Made by a program: the position numbers and the translations under genes. DNA of 64,000 nt from contig NC_058383.1 in NCBI RefSeq assembly GCF_018350175.1, positions 28,956,001 to 29,020,000 of the forward strand. Reading direction: 5' to 3'. Positions 11,595-24,123 of this stretch are shown here, one piece after another. Below the pieces are notes generated by a model that was given only the letters and a program-made list of their open reading frames with translations, did not search any database and was not told the origin of the DNA. Each line of letters opens with the position of its first letter. Positions within the stretch are counted from its first letter, which is position 1. The stretch comes from Felis catus. Its lineage: Eukaryota.

Positions 11595-13090
11595 ACACGC
11601 GAAAGAATGAAAATGGACCACTTTCTTACACCATACACAAAAATAAACTCAAAATGGACTCAAGACCTAAATGTGAGACCCGAAGCCATAAAAATCCTAG
11701 AAGAGAACACCGACAGTAACTTCTCTGATATCAGCCATAGCAACTTTTTCTAGATATGTCTCCTGAGGCACAGGAAACAAAATAAAAAATGAACTATTGG
11801 GAGTACAGCAAAATAAAAAGCTTCTGCAAAGTGAAGGAAACCATCAACAAAACTAAAAGGCAGCCTATAGAATGGGGGAAGATAATTGCAAATGACATAT
11901 CTGATAAAGGGTTAGTATCCAAAGTGTATAAAACACTTATAAAACTCAACACCCAGGGGCACATGGGTGGCTCAGTTGGTTAAGTGTCTGACTCTTGATT
12001 TCGGCTCAGGTCATGACCTCTCAGTCAGTGGGCCCTGTGCTGGGTGTGGAGCCTGGTTAAGACTCTCTCTCCCCCTCTGCCGCTCCCCCGCTGATGTGCT
12101 AGCTCACTGTGAAAACAAACAAAACACAGAAGACAAAAACAAAAACAAAAAAACCCTCAAGATGCAAAAAATGAACAATCCAATTAAAAATTGGGCAGAA
12201 GTCTTGAACAGACATTTTCCAAAGAAGAAATACAGATGGCCAACAGACCCATGAAAAGATGCTCAACATCATTCATCATCAGGAACATGTAAATCAAAAC
12301 TACAATGAGATACCACCTCACACCTGTCAGAATGGCTAACCCAACAACACAGGGAACAACAGGTGTTGACAAGGATGTGGAGAAAAAGCAACCCTCTTGC
12401 ACTGCTGGTGGGAATGCAAACTGGTGCAGCCACTCTGGAAAATAGTAGGGAGGTTCCTCAAAAAGAAAAGTTCCTTAAAAACAGAACTACCCAACCTACA
12501 ATCCAGCAATTGCACTACTAGGTATTTACCCAAAGAATACAAAAATACTAATTGAAGGGATACCTGCACCCCAATGCTTATAGCAGCATGACCTACAATA
12601 GCCAAATTATGGAAACAACCTAAGTGTCCACTGATTGATGAATGGATAAAGAAGATGTGATGCGTATATACAATGGAATAACACTTAGCAGTAAAAAAGA
12701 ATGAAATCTTGTCATTTGCAATGACGTAAATTGAACTAGAGAGTGTTATGCTGAACGAACAAGTCAGTCAGAGAAAGACAAAATGCCGTATGATTTCACT
12801 CATACTGAAGGAAAAAAACCAACCGAGCAAATGGGGGTAGGGAGAGAGATGCCAACTATGAAACTGACTCTTAACTGCAGAGAACAAACTGATGGATACG
12901 GGTGTGTGTGTGTGTGTGTGTGTGTGTGCACGCACGTCTGTGTGTGTGCATGAAATAGGTGTTGGGGACTAAGGAGCATACTTATCATGAGTATCAAGTT
13001 TGTATGGAGATGTTGAATCACAAGTATTTTACTCCTGAAACTAATATTACACTGTATGTTAACTGGAATTTAAATAAAAACTTAAAAAGT
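11595..13090 (+). mobile_element. Carnivore L1 ORF2 3' part plus 3' UTR, decayed, interrupted by a SINE (~11956-12152)
   Basis: ORF 11789 reads [47 protein letters not shown], matching the L1 ORF2 C-terminal region; ends in the L1 3' tail. Confidence 0.9.
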
Positions 13091-13313
13091 ATCAGACTTT
13101 TGAGGTCATGTCAAAAGGACTCATGGGCAAGTACACTATACCTCAATTAAAATGTTAATTTTAAAAACAGACTCAAGGGGTGCCTGGGTGGCTCAGTCAG
13201 TTGAGCGTCAACCCCTGATTTCAGCTCAGGTCACAATCTCAGGGCCGTGGGATTGATCCCCACGTGGGATCGAGCCCTGCATGGGGCTCCACACTGAGTG
13301 TGGAGCCTGTCTG

Positions 13314-13364
<51 letters not shown>

Positions 13365-16300
13365 CCACCCCCATTCCCCACCCCATCCCCCTACTCTCTC
13401 TCTTTCTCTCAAAATAAAGCTCAGGGGCATCTGGGTAGCTCAGTTGGTTAAGCATCTGTCTTCGGCTTAGGTCACCATCTCGTGGGGCATGAGTTCGAGC
13501 CCTGCACTAGGCTCTCTGCTCTCAGCACAGAGCCTGTTTCAGATCCTCTGTCCCTTTCTCTCTGCCGCTCCCTTGTTGTGCGCTCGCTTGCTCTTTCTCT
13601 CTCAAAAAACAAACAAACGCTAAAACAATAAATCTTAAAAAAAAAGAACTCCAAATAATTTGAGGAGACTTATACTCCAAAAAGATGGGACAATCTGAGC
13701 ATCAATTAGAGTAATTACTGAAAGGTATTCAAACATATCAAGAATGTTAAAATCCTTAGTTAATAATGATCCTAAAGAAAGAAACTGGTTACCTATCTAG
13801 GTAACAGAGAACCAAATCATTATTATGAAACTGGTAAATAAAGGGAAAGAATCGAGCATTTAACTGACCTTTCTGTATAAACTGTGCTTAGGGTAATCAA
13901 AATGGTTGCTGAGTGAAACTTTCCTTTTTTTTTTTAATTTAATTTAATTTTTTTAGACGTACTTAGCTAACACATGAAGAAGTGACAGAATTACAGAATC
14001 ACCATTTTGCAGGCAAAGGATGAACGATCATGGTGGCTGCTACCATCGGAGAGAGAGAGAGACAATTAGCCATGCTGAGCCTCCTAATGGGAGAAGATGC
14101 CACCAGCTATGAAGCAGTCTTGTCAAAATACCTAAACCAATGCAAGCCTCTAGATTTCCCTACTGAATTATGGGATGTACAGGACACATTACGTGTCTGG
14201 TGACAGAGGAGCCTGTCAGGGGACACCGCAGAGGGACAATGAGCAAAATTTAAGATGTGGGCAAACTACGGGACAAAATGACCTGGTTTCTTCAACAAAT
14301 AAATGCAGGGTGACAAAAAAAGGGAGGGAGAATCCAGACAGTAAAAGAGACTTAAGACACACAATAACCAAATGCAGACCTTGTTTGGAACACGTCAACT
14401 GGAAGAAGAAAAGAAGTGGTCTATTTGAATACCGACAAGTTACCTGATATCAGAGAATTCAGTTTTGTCTTTAAAAGAGTCTTTACTTTTTAGAGATTCC
14501 CAATGAAATACTTACCTATGGGAAAATAAGATATCTTAGATTTTCAAAACAGTCAGGGGCGGGAGGTGGAGGTTATCACTGAAATGAACATGGCCATAAG
14601 TTGTTATAGCTGGTAAGGGTACATGGTAGTTTTGTACTCTTATCCTGTTTTTGTGTGTGTTTGAAATTAAAAAAAAAATATATGTAACTTAAAAAATTTT
14701 TTTTTAATGTTTATTTTTGCGACAGAGAGAGAGAGCATGCGTGCGCACATGAGTGGGGGAGGGGCAGAGAGAGAGAGAGACACAGAATCTGAAAAAGACT
14801 CCAGGCCATGAGCTGTCAACACAGAGCCCGACGCGGGGCTCAAACTCAAGAACAGTGAGATCACGACCTGAGCTGAAGTCAGGCGCTTAACCGACTGAGC
14901 CACCCAGGTGTCCCCCTCAAAAACCTAACTTCTAAAGATATCTTTGCCTCCTAACTTAGATGAGAAATAGAAACGGGAGTAGTTCTTTATCAAAAGTGTT
15001 TCCCAACCTGTTTTTTTTTTTTTAAGTCAGCCCTTAAGAAATCTGTTAAAAACTTTTTGTTTTTCCCCATAATCCTGCCCCCACGAAATGTTAATACCAC
15101 AGATATACTATAAATCTGTTTCTGTACTGTGGTCTTTTAGAGGGGGCCGCAACTCCTGTATTACGGAAGACTTGTGTACTCCACGCCTATCGTCGCCCTG
15201 GGGGCAATCCTGCTCTTGCTGAATATGCAAGCTCTCCCGGAGCACCGGTCCCAGAAAGTCTTCGTGTGTCCAACCACATCATGGTTAGTACAAGAGAAAG
15301 GGAGAAGACCAGGTTATGGATTTGTAGGTCTGGCGTCAGGGTGGGTGCTGAGGCAGTGAGTGCTTGGCTATTTCCTATCAGATATGGAGGAAAACCAACC
15401 ACCCAGTAAGGTGGTTACCGGGCGGCACTTCAATGGGGAGCGGTCTCTTTACCGTCTAATGAGAACAGGAATTGCACCAGGCACTAGGGTTGGAGGAATC
15501 TTATCACACACCTCTCGGCCTTTTGGCTAGTTGCCTAATTGTCAAATGGCCACCCTCAGGGAGGGGCTGGTGGCACAGAAGAGCCAAAGGAGCCCACTGA
15601 TAAGATTCTGCCTGCTTTCACACTGGGTGCAGAATCACGTGCCCATTCGCTCTGGTTTAATGCCAAGATTACTTTTATGTTTTTTAAATAGAGGGTCATC
15701 GCTGGATGTGTGCCCCACGAATGTTCTGCCAGACACTAAAAACCTACCAGAGGGCTAATATTGGCTACAAAAAGCCCAGAGTTTACTGCATAAACAAAAT
15801 GGGTAATTTATGATAAAAGCAGGGATTTTCCAAAATTAAACAAATAACAGTGATAACACAAAAAACAACAAACCTTCTACCTAAGGACCTCTAAGCCCAT
15901 TCGTCAAAATTTCTGAAACTAATGTTTTTTTTTGGTTTTAAGATAATACGTGTACATAGTAAACACAATGTTTTCCAAATGGCACAGAAATGTGTTAAGT
16001 GACACATAAAATTCTCTCTTCCATCCAAGTCTCAATCCGTAGAGGAAAATACTGTAACAGTTTGTGTATCCTTCCAGACATATTCTGTGCATATGACAAC
16101 ATACAGATACGTACACATGTGGATTTTCCAATGTACTTTTCCCTACTTTCAGTTAACAATACAACGTGGGCACCGTTCCTTATTAGCACACCAGTGTCAC
16201 CACCTTCTGCAGTGGATCCACGGTTGGGTGGGCCCAATTTATGGAACCTGTCCTGATGACAGGCACTTCGCTTGGTTTCTTTGTGCTGCTGTTACCAACG

Positions 16301-17438
16301 ACGCTGCAGTGAACGTCTTGTTTAATGACGTTTTGGGGCTCAAAGTTCAGCTCTCACTGAGACTGTCACTCTGTGAAGTCATTTACCGAGGAGGAGATGG
16401 GCACACAAGGCCCGGGTGCCTGCTGGTGTCCCACAGCCAGCGTGTCCTGGAGAAGCCCAGCGAGCAGCCCAGGCAGTCAGGCGCCTAGCCCTGCTCTTCA
16501 CCTTGACCGCCCCCCCCACCCCCCACCATGCCGCCTTGTGTTCCAGGTGCAAAGATGTGAAACGGCAGATCACAGGGCAGGTGCGGTTTGAATTTGAACA
16601 CTTATTGACAAACTGCTCTCCAAGGAGACTGCGCCAATTTAGCACCCACCACACCCACGAGTGTCTTTTTCTTCGTATCGTAATGCTCTCTCATCCTTGA
16701 CAGTAACATGGGTGAAAACGATGCCATCTGGTTGTTTCAGTTTACACGTCTTTAATTATGAGTGAGCGTTTTCTCCCGTGAACTTATTGGTTATGTGTAA
16801 TTACTTTTCTCCATGCAAATGCAGAAATTTGCCATGTTGGCACATTCCAGGTATCTCATAATTAAAAAAATATTCATTATAGCACAGCATCTGCTAAATC
16901 TTCGTGAAGGAGAAATCAGCTGGTGCAGTCAGAGCGAAGAATAATTTATCAATACCTCGTAAAGCTGAAGATGCCTATTACCTGTGAACTACTAATCCCC
17001 TGCTTCAGTGTATAATCATAAAGCATAAGAACTCCCCAAGAATTTCCACAGCGGCACTGTTTCTAAGGGCAACAACCTCCATGTGCATGGACAGGAAAAT
17101 GCACGAACTAAGATACGCTCAAAAGAGAAAATGCGTGAACTGGAGCCAGAGAGGTCAACGCTCAAAGCTACTTGCAGAAGGACATGCTTAGTTCATGCCT
17201 CTCACGTTCAGGCTGAGGGCTCCTAGCGCCTGCGTGTACAGACCCGTAGTCCAAGGAGGGAAATGCGCCCAGTAAGGGCGCCTGTCTCAGCTGCGGGAGC
17301 ATGGTTCCGCTAGAGAGGGTGGGGAGCCGGGGGCTTCAGTTGTGTCTGCGATGTTTTCCTAAGCAGCGGGCACGGAGATGACGGACGGGCCGTTCTCTCT
17401 ACTTTTTTCAATTAAAAATAAATAAACAAAGAGCTCAC

Positions 17439-17583
17439 CTTATATTCCCAGAGATTCTGGGGGGGCTTCACCCCCAGTGCTTTGACACGCTCCAGTTCCA
17501 GGAGGATGGCTCTTCTGTGGCTGCTGTTTTCTATGTTATATGGCGCCCTTGAAAATTCTTCCTCTGTCAGAGTTAAAAGCAAC
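17439..17583 (-). CDS. BFAR: BFAR exon 5: LLLTLTEEEFSRAPYNIENSSHRRAILLELERVKALGVKPPQNLWEYK (SAM domain, C-terminal half)
   Basis: Acceptor cacag|G, donor AAG|gtgagc; 145 nt. Confidence 0.96.
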
Positions 17584-20503
17584 CTGTGGGGGGAGGGGAG
17601 CAGTAGAGTTCTTGTGAGATTATACACCGGAAGCCAACTCTTCACACCCAGGGTTCCATCCTGTCAACACAAATACTTCGGGCTTCCGGTAAGGCAAGAT
17701 ACCTGGTATACGAAGTAACAGTAATAACAGCAAACTACTGAATGCTTGTTAATTGTTAGTGACTCTCTGAAAGTACTTCCACAAACCGTCACCAATCCGT
17801 TTAACAATTCTGCAGAGTAGGTGGAATTATGAGCATTACGTGCATGACAAAATGGTTTGGAGGAATAGAGTGGCTTGGCCGAGGCACACCCCGGTCTGTT
17901 TTGCTCCTAACTTCTGATCTTTCAGCTAAGCAGCTGAGTTCTCCCAGGGTACTCTGTTTTGCAAAGAAAAATGTAGTATATATTTTACATAGAATATAAT
18001 ATTCTATATAAAATTATATATATTTCTATAACATATAGAAAAAAATTGGAAAGAAATCCAATAAAATGTGATGACTCGAACAGGAGCTGTTCTGGGGTGG
18101 GGGTGGGGGTGCGGGTGCACCTAAGTGGCTCAGTTGGCCAAATGTCCAACTCTTGGTTTTGGCTCAGGGCCCAATCTCACATTTCATGAGTTCAGGCCCG
18201 GCGTCGGGCTCTGTGCTGATGGTGCAGAGACTGCCTGGGATTCTCCCTCTTTCCCCCTCTCTCTGTCTGTCCCCCGATCACACTGTCTCTAAATAAATAA
18301 GTAAATAAATAGAAAAAAAAAAGTAGCTGTTTTGGGGTCGTAATTTAATAAAAATATCTGTAGATCCCTTATCTGTTCCCTTCCATTGGAAAATATGACT
18401 CCGCCTCCACAAGAGCCAATCGTTAAAACCACCCCTGTGCACCAGCAAGCGGAGACCCAGCAGGCACACAACCACTGGGGGAGGGATGTAAACTGATGTC
18501 CTCTCGTGGGTGATTTGGAAACACTGATCAAAGTTATAAAGGCTTATTTCCTTTGATGTGGAAATTTCAGTTCTAGGAATCCATCTTCTGGAAGGAAGGC
18601 AATGAGGCAAAGATGTATTAGCCAGGTAGACAACAAAAATGGTTTTTTTTTTTTTTTGATGTTTTATTTATTTTTGAGATAGGGAGAGACAGAACATGAA
18701 CAGGGGAGGGTCAGAGAGAGGGAGACACAGGATCTGAAACAGGCTCCAGGATCTGAAACAGGCTCCAGGCTCTGGGCTGTCAGCACAGAGCCCGACGCGG
18801 GGCTCGAACTCACAGACCGAGAGATCATGACCTGAGCCGAAGTCGGACGCTTAACTGACTGAGCCACCCAGGCGCCCCAACAAAAATGTTTTCAATCACA
18901 GTTCGGGGGAGGCGCCAATTCTTACAAAAAGCAGACAACTCAACTGGGAGCGTGTGGCTTTCCCAAAGGAGAGTTAAGAGTTGAAAGTTCAGTTCAGGGG
19001 GAAAATGTGACTGGGGTGTGAGGTGGGCAGGCAGGTGGCCTAGATGTTGCATCTGGAACAAGCAGATTAGCAGGAGTGGCCATTCTCAGCACTGCGTGGC
19101 ACACTATACTCTCCCTACACAGTCCCTCCAAGGAAGGAAAGAGCCCAAGAAAGATGGACAGTGTTCTGGAAGGGGGCATGGGGACATGCTGATGGGCAGA
19201 GGCAGGCCTGCCCATAGCCTGACAATTCCATCCTGGAATTCCTTGTATCAGGGCATTTGCTACAACATTGCTTGGAATTGCCTGGGACAGGAAAAAGGAA
19301 ACAGCCCAGACGTGCCTTGGTGAGATCAACTAAAGAGACTCTAGTACACACACATACGTACGTACATATGTATACGTATATGTACCTATAATCACAGATC
19401 TGTTTAATACAGTTGTATTTCCAGTTTAAACAAATAATATACACTTATGTGTATCTCTGTATAAACGTGGAAGAAAATCCAGAAAGATGTCCAGAAACAT
19501 GCTAACAGTGGTTTTCTCTGAAGAGTAGAATTATGAGGGTATTTCACTTCCATACCCTACAGTCCTGTTATTTTAAAATAACTAAAAAATACATGGTTCT
19601 TTTCTAATTCAGAAGCAACACACAAAATGCCAGTCACATAAAATGGTTCGGCTGCTCTGGGGAGCGGTGTGACATTTCCTCAAGAAGGGAAATACAGAAG
19701 GTGACTTCAGGCCCCAGCAACGGCACTCGGGCAGACATGCACGGGCCCTCAGAAGCACAGGGTTACACAAAAACCCACATGCAAAGGATCAGAACAGCTC
19801 TGTTCGTGAGAGCCCCCAAACGGAGCAACCTGAACGACTGAAGGACGGGTACTCAAGTGCACCGTAGCCACAAGTGGGAATACTGCTCAGCCATAAAGAT
19901 GAAGGAAGCATTAGGGGTGCCTGGGTGGCTCAGTCAGTTAAGTGTCTGACTTTGGCTCAGGTCATGATCCTGAGGTTTGTGGGTTTGAGCCCCACGTCGG
20001 GCTCTGTGCTGACAGCTCAGAGCCTGGAGTCTGCTTCGGATTCTGTGTCTCCCTTCTCTCTCTGCCCCTCTCTCGCTCGGTCTCTCTCTCTGTCTCAAAA
20101 ATAAATAAACACTAAAAAAAAAAGACGAAGGAAGCACTGACCCACGTGACAACTTGGATAAACCTTGAAAATGCTCTGCAAGGTGAAAAAGCCAGACGCT
20201 AAAGAATTCCGTTTACAGGGATTACTCTAACAGGCAAATCCACGGAGCCAGAAAGGAGAATGGTGGTCGCCTGGGGATGAGGGAGGGGGCATGAGGACCA
20301 AAGCAGGGAGGGTGAGAGCTTTCTTTTTGGGGTGATGAAAATGTCCTAACACTAGACCGTGGTGATGGCTGCACATGTCTGTGGATACATTAAACAACAT
20401 GGATTGGACACTTTCAATGGGTGAATTTCATAGTATGTGGGTTATGACTCAGTAAAGCAGCTTACAAAAAGGTCAATGACACGTCAGAAGAGCAGCGTCT
20501 CAC

Positions 20504-20673
20504 CTTCCATTCACTCTTTCAGATAAAAACCGGTCTCTGTAGAGAGAGGCCCAAGGGCCCAGCTGCTCCAGCCAGAGGACCACTTCTTCTGCTGTCCATT
20601 TGGCCACAGCCTTGTGGACCAGGAGGTCGTGCTCAGATTCCCTGCTGCTCCAGTGATACACGAGGAGGACCAC
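20504..20673 (-). CDS. BFAR: BFAR exon 4: VVLLVYHWSSRESEHDLLVHKAVAKWTAEEVVLWLEQLGPWASLYRDRFLSERVNGR (SAM domain, N-terminal half)
   Basis: Acceptor tccccag|GTG, donor AG|gtgaga; 170 nt; SAM signature WTxxxVxxWL...Y...F....vnG. Confidence 0.96.
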
Positions 20674-21122
20674 CTGGGGACAAGGGACAGAGGCCTTAAG
20701 ACACAGAAAGCTCAGAGAAGCCAGCTTCTCACGAGTGTGGGGCAGGGAAGGGAAGGCTGAGCTTGACGGGAATGACGCTGAGTTGGTACAATGAACCACT
20801 GGCACCGAGAGTTGCGGAGGAGAACTCCAGGTGGGCCCCTGTCTCTGCTGGTTGTGGGGCCGTGAGGGAACAGAGATGGGAACAGGACTCAGCGTAGAGC
20901 ATCTGGGAGCGCAGCACCCTGGGCCCCAACATCCTGGCCAGCATAACTGCCACATGTGCCTTTTCTACTGGAAAATTTGTAACCTTTAAATTTGTGCAGC
21001 ATGGGGTGCCCGGGTGTTAAGTTAAGTGTCTGACTTCAGCTCAGGCCATGATCTCGTGGCCCATGGGTTCGAGCCTCACATCAGGCTCTGTGCTGACAGC
21101 TCAGAGTCTGGAGCCTGCTTCA

Positions 21123-21126
<4 letters not shown>

Positions 21127-21172
<46 letters not shown>
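21127..21172. repeat. (GT)n microsatellite within a SINE body
   Basis: About 23 uninterrupted GT units. Confidence 0.95.
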
Positions 21173-21173
<1 letters not shown>

Positions 21174-21746
21174 TTTCTCTCTCAAAAATAAATAAACATT
21201 AAAATAATAATAATAAATTTTCGTACCAGGGAACCGAGAATAAAACAGTCTCCGTGTGAGATGTTAGTAAAGGGCTATGCTCAAGACTCAACCACCCAGG
21301 TAGACACAATCTTGGATTCGAGTTCTAACACCTTCCTGCATCTGTTCCCTCACCTCTAAAATGGGAATAACTGGGGCACCTGGCTGGCTCAGTCGGTAGA
21401 ACATGCGACTCTTGATCTCGGGGTTGTGAGTTCAAGCCCCACACTGTGGATGGAGCTTACATTAAAATCAAAATAATAGAAATGAACATATGGGATGGGA
21501 ATAATCACGGTGACTATTGCAGGGGTGAGGAAGAGGATGAATGGAACGAAGCTAAGAAGAACTGGGCCCTGAATATTACACTGCCTACTTGAGTACACAG
21601 CTTCCCTGAAGAATCATCCGACCCAGCGGATGTCAAATGCGTGCAGTGAATGACCACATACAGGTAAGCTATCAATTTCCACAGAAGTGATGTCAGCGAA
21701 AACTGGGAGTGGGTCAGGGGGCAGAGAAACACAGCGGTACACTTAC

Positions 21747-21951
21747 TGCCACACCAGTTAAAGCGGTGAGCACTCCGGAAAAGAATCCCCCACCTCTCTG
21801 TGCATTCACTCGGCCTGTGTTGGTAGCCAAAGGAGCCTGATCATTCCCGTATTTGTGAAAGGCTGCAAGACTCTGGATTATGTCATTATTCTGCTGAATG
21901 TCCTCAAATCGCATTCTAATGGCATCAGGAAATAATTTTTCAATGGCATCC
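21747..21951 (-). CDS. BFAR: BFAR exon 3: DAIEKLFPDAIRMRFEDIQQNNDIIQSLAAFHKYGNDQAPLATNTGRVNAQRGGGFFSGVLTALTGVA
   Basis: Acceptor tcatag|G, donor GCA|gtaagt; 205 nt. Confidence 0.96.
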
Positions 21952-22277
21952 CTATGAAGAATAGGAAAAAAAATCATGTCACAGTTGTTTGACTAAATAC
22001 ACTTAGGATGTTTAGAGGCTAAAGTAAAACTAACAGTCAATATTTAACAACATACAGGCACTTTAGAACAATGGTCAAGACTGACTATGGCCCGGTTGGT
22101 AACACCAAAAAGGACTGGAAACAACCGATGTGTCCACTGTTAGAGAAACAGTTAAATTATGGTCTATTCACACAATGGAACGTTACAAAGTTTTAAAAAT
22201 GAATTTACTGGATATCATTTGTATCGAGATGGATAAATTTAAGACATACATATTGTTGAGCGGAAATAATAAACGAT

Positions 22278-22498
22278 GGGGTCGCCAGGGTGGCTCAGTC
22301 GCTTGAGCGCTCGGATTTCGGCTCAGGCCATGATCTCACGGTTCGTGGGTTCGAGCCCCACGTCAGGCTCTGTGCTGACAGCTAGGAGCCTGGAGCCTGA
22401 AGCCTGCTTCGGATTCTCTGTCTCTCTCTCTGCCTCTCCCCCGCATGCACTCTGTCTCTCAAAAATAAATAAACATTAAAAAAAATTAAAAAACAAAA
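22278..22498 (+). mobile_element. CAN-SINE in BFAR intron 2
   Basis: Head ggggtcgccagggtggctcag, CT-rich body, AATAAA/A-rich tail. Confidence 0.9.
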
Positions 22499-23498
22499 CT
22501 GTGGAGCCTTATAGATAGTACACCACTGATGTGAGGAAATACTTGCATTTCCTGCTGGCACACATAGGTACAAAAGTATCGTTAAAATTCTGAAGGAAAT
22601 CACAACAGAGGCATGACTGAAATGACTCTGGGGAAAAGGAAGGACATGGTGTAAGATGGGGAGGGGGAGGGCAAAGGGATCTTTATCAGTAAGCACTCTC
22701 ATTTTTTAAAAAGAATATAAACAAATGAAGGTTATCTATGTATTGCTGATGTTATTCAACATTAATTCCAGAAAACAAGTGGAGCTGTCTTCGTTATCAA
22801 TTACACATAATCAGAGAACCTTCCTTCAATTTAAGATCAATCTGCAGGTACCCCAGGCTGAGAGGTGAGAGCAAAGCACTTGCCAATGTATCTCCCATGA
22901 AAAAGAGAATGTTAGGTTAACGTTTTCAGGGAACTTTCTGGTACTCTGTTAGTATCAGGAAGGCAACAGAAGAAAAGCAAGGACTTTAGGCTCGAAGACG
23001 TGACAGGTGCAATATGCATGCAAGCAGAAAGGAACCCTTTCTCTGAAAGGTCTGGCCATTTGTTGTGTGAAGCTATACACGGGAGACCATCTCTACTGAT
23101 GTGAAAACTGAGCAGTTTATCAAAGATTATGAAAATCAGCAGCAAACCGATTCGTACAGAGTCGTGCGGTGACGCCATTTTCTCTATGAGAACTGGGGTG
23201 TTCTCAGCGGATACAAATCGATAAAAAGTGTTATAGGACAAAGCATTACAAGCAATGGTCTGATAACCAGAATTTGTTTTTTCCTTTATGATAAATAAAC
23301 ACAAACAAATCACGGTCACCTGTGAGGAAGGAAGTCTGGCTTTGCAGGTCCTTGAGCCCCCCGACTCCCAGGCCAGCAGATCTAGAATGACAGTGGGGGT
23401 CGGCCCTGCGCCTCTGGCCTTCTCAAACATGGCTGCTCCCATGAAGACAAAGCATAGTGCGCAAGCTGTATGGGCTACCGATATGGACCGAGCGTTAC

Positions 23499-23761
23499 CT
23501 GAGGAGAATATTGACTTTGGGGAAACCTTCCCATTTTTCTCTGCATTCTGGACACTCTGTTTTCTTCGAAGAGGCCCACCATAAAGCTAGGCAGTGCCGG
23601 CAGAAGCTATGCCCACAGTTCAAGGTGGTGGGGTTAACCAGGATGTCGTAACAGCAGTGGCATGAAAATTCACTAACAGAAATCTGAGGGGTGGTGCTCT
23701 TGAGAGGGTCACCTTCCTCATGGGTCATCTTGTTCAGATCGTTCTGTGCAGGCCCCTCCAT
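23499..23761 (-). CDS. BFAR: BFAR first coding exon (exon 2 spans 23499-23835 including 74 nt of 5' UTR): C3HC4 RING domain of bifunctional apoptosis regulator
   Basis: MEGPAQND...CHCCYDILVNPTTLNCGHSFCRHCLALWWASSKKTECPECREKW; strong Kozak gagATGG; acceptor (T)n-ctag|A at 23835; donor AG|gtaacg. Confidence 0.97.
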
Positions 23762-23764
23762 CTC

Positions 23765-23830
23765 TTAGAAAATCCTGGGGTTCACAAGCACAGAAAATTT
23801 CAGACTTAGGAAACTGCTCCAAAGCATCAT
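23765..23830 (-). other. uORF MMLWSSFLSLKFSVLVNPRIF* in the BFAR 5' UTR
   Basis: ATGATG at 23830, open for 21 codons to TAA, then GAG, then the main ATG in the same frame. Translation is not demonstrated. Confidence 0.6.
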
Positions 23831-23934
23831 TAAATCTAGAAAAAAAAAAAAAAAAAGAAAAGGCAACAGAATTAGGACAAGAGTTTGAGATTACTGCTGT
23901 TCTGTTAAAGCTGGTTTTTATACATGTTTTTCTT

Positions 23935-24123
23935 TAAATTTTGTTTACTTTGAGTGAGTGAGAGCATGAGTGGGGGAGGGGCAGAGAGCAAGAGGGAGAG
24001 AGAGAGTCCCAACCAGGCTCCTCGCAGAGCAGTCATGGGGCTTCATCCCATGTCCATGAGATCATGACCTGAGCTGAAACCAAGAGTCAGATGCTTAACT
24101 GGCTGAGCCACCCAGGTGGCCCC
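23935..24123 (-). mobile_element. CAN-SINE in BFAR intron 1, ~100 nt from the exon 2 acceptor
   Basis: Reverse-complement head gagccacccaggtggcccc; degraded TSD ttaaagct. Confidence 0.9.

Noticed and set aside
18729..18766. 19-bp tandem duplication (AGGATCTGAAACAGGCTCC x2) inside a SINE
   Set aside because: Real but a trivial slippage event with no functional implication.
20674..20955. 94-codon open frame upstream of, and in frame with, BFAR exon 4
   Set aside because: A good acceptor at 20674 gives the expected 450-aa protein; the extension has no recognisable features and may be chance.
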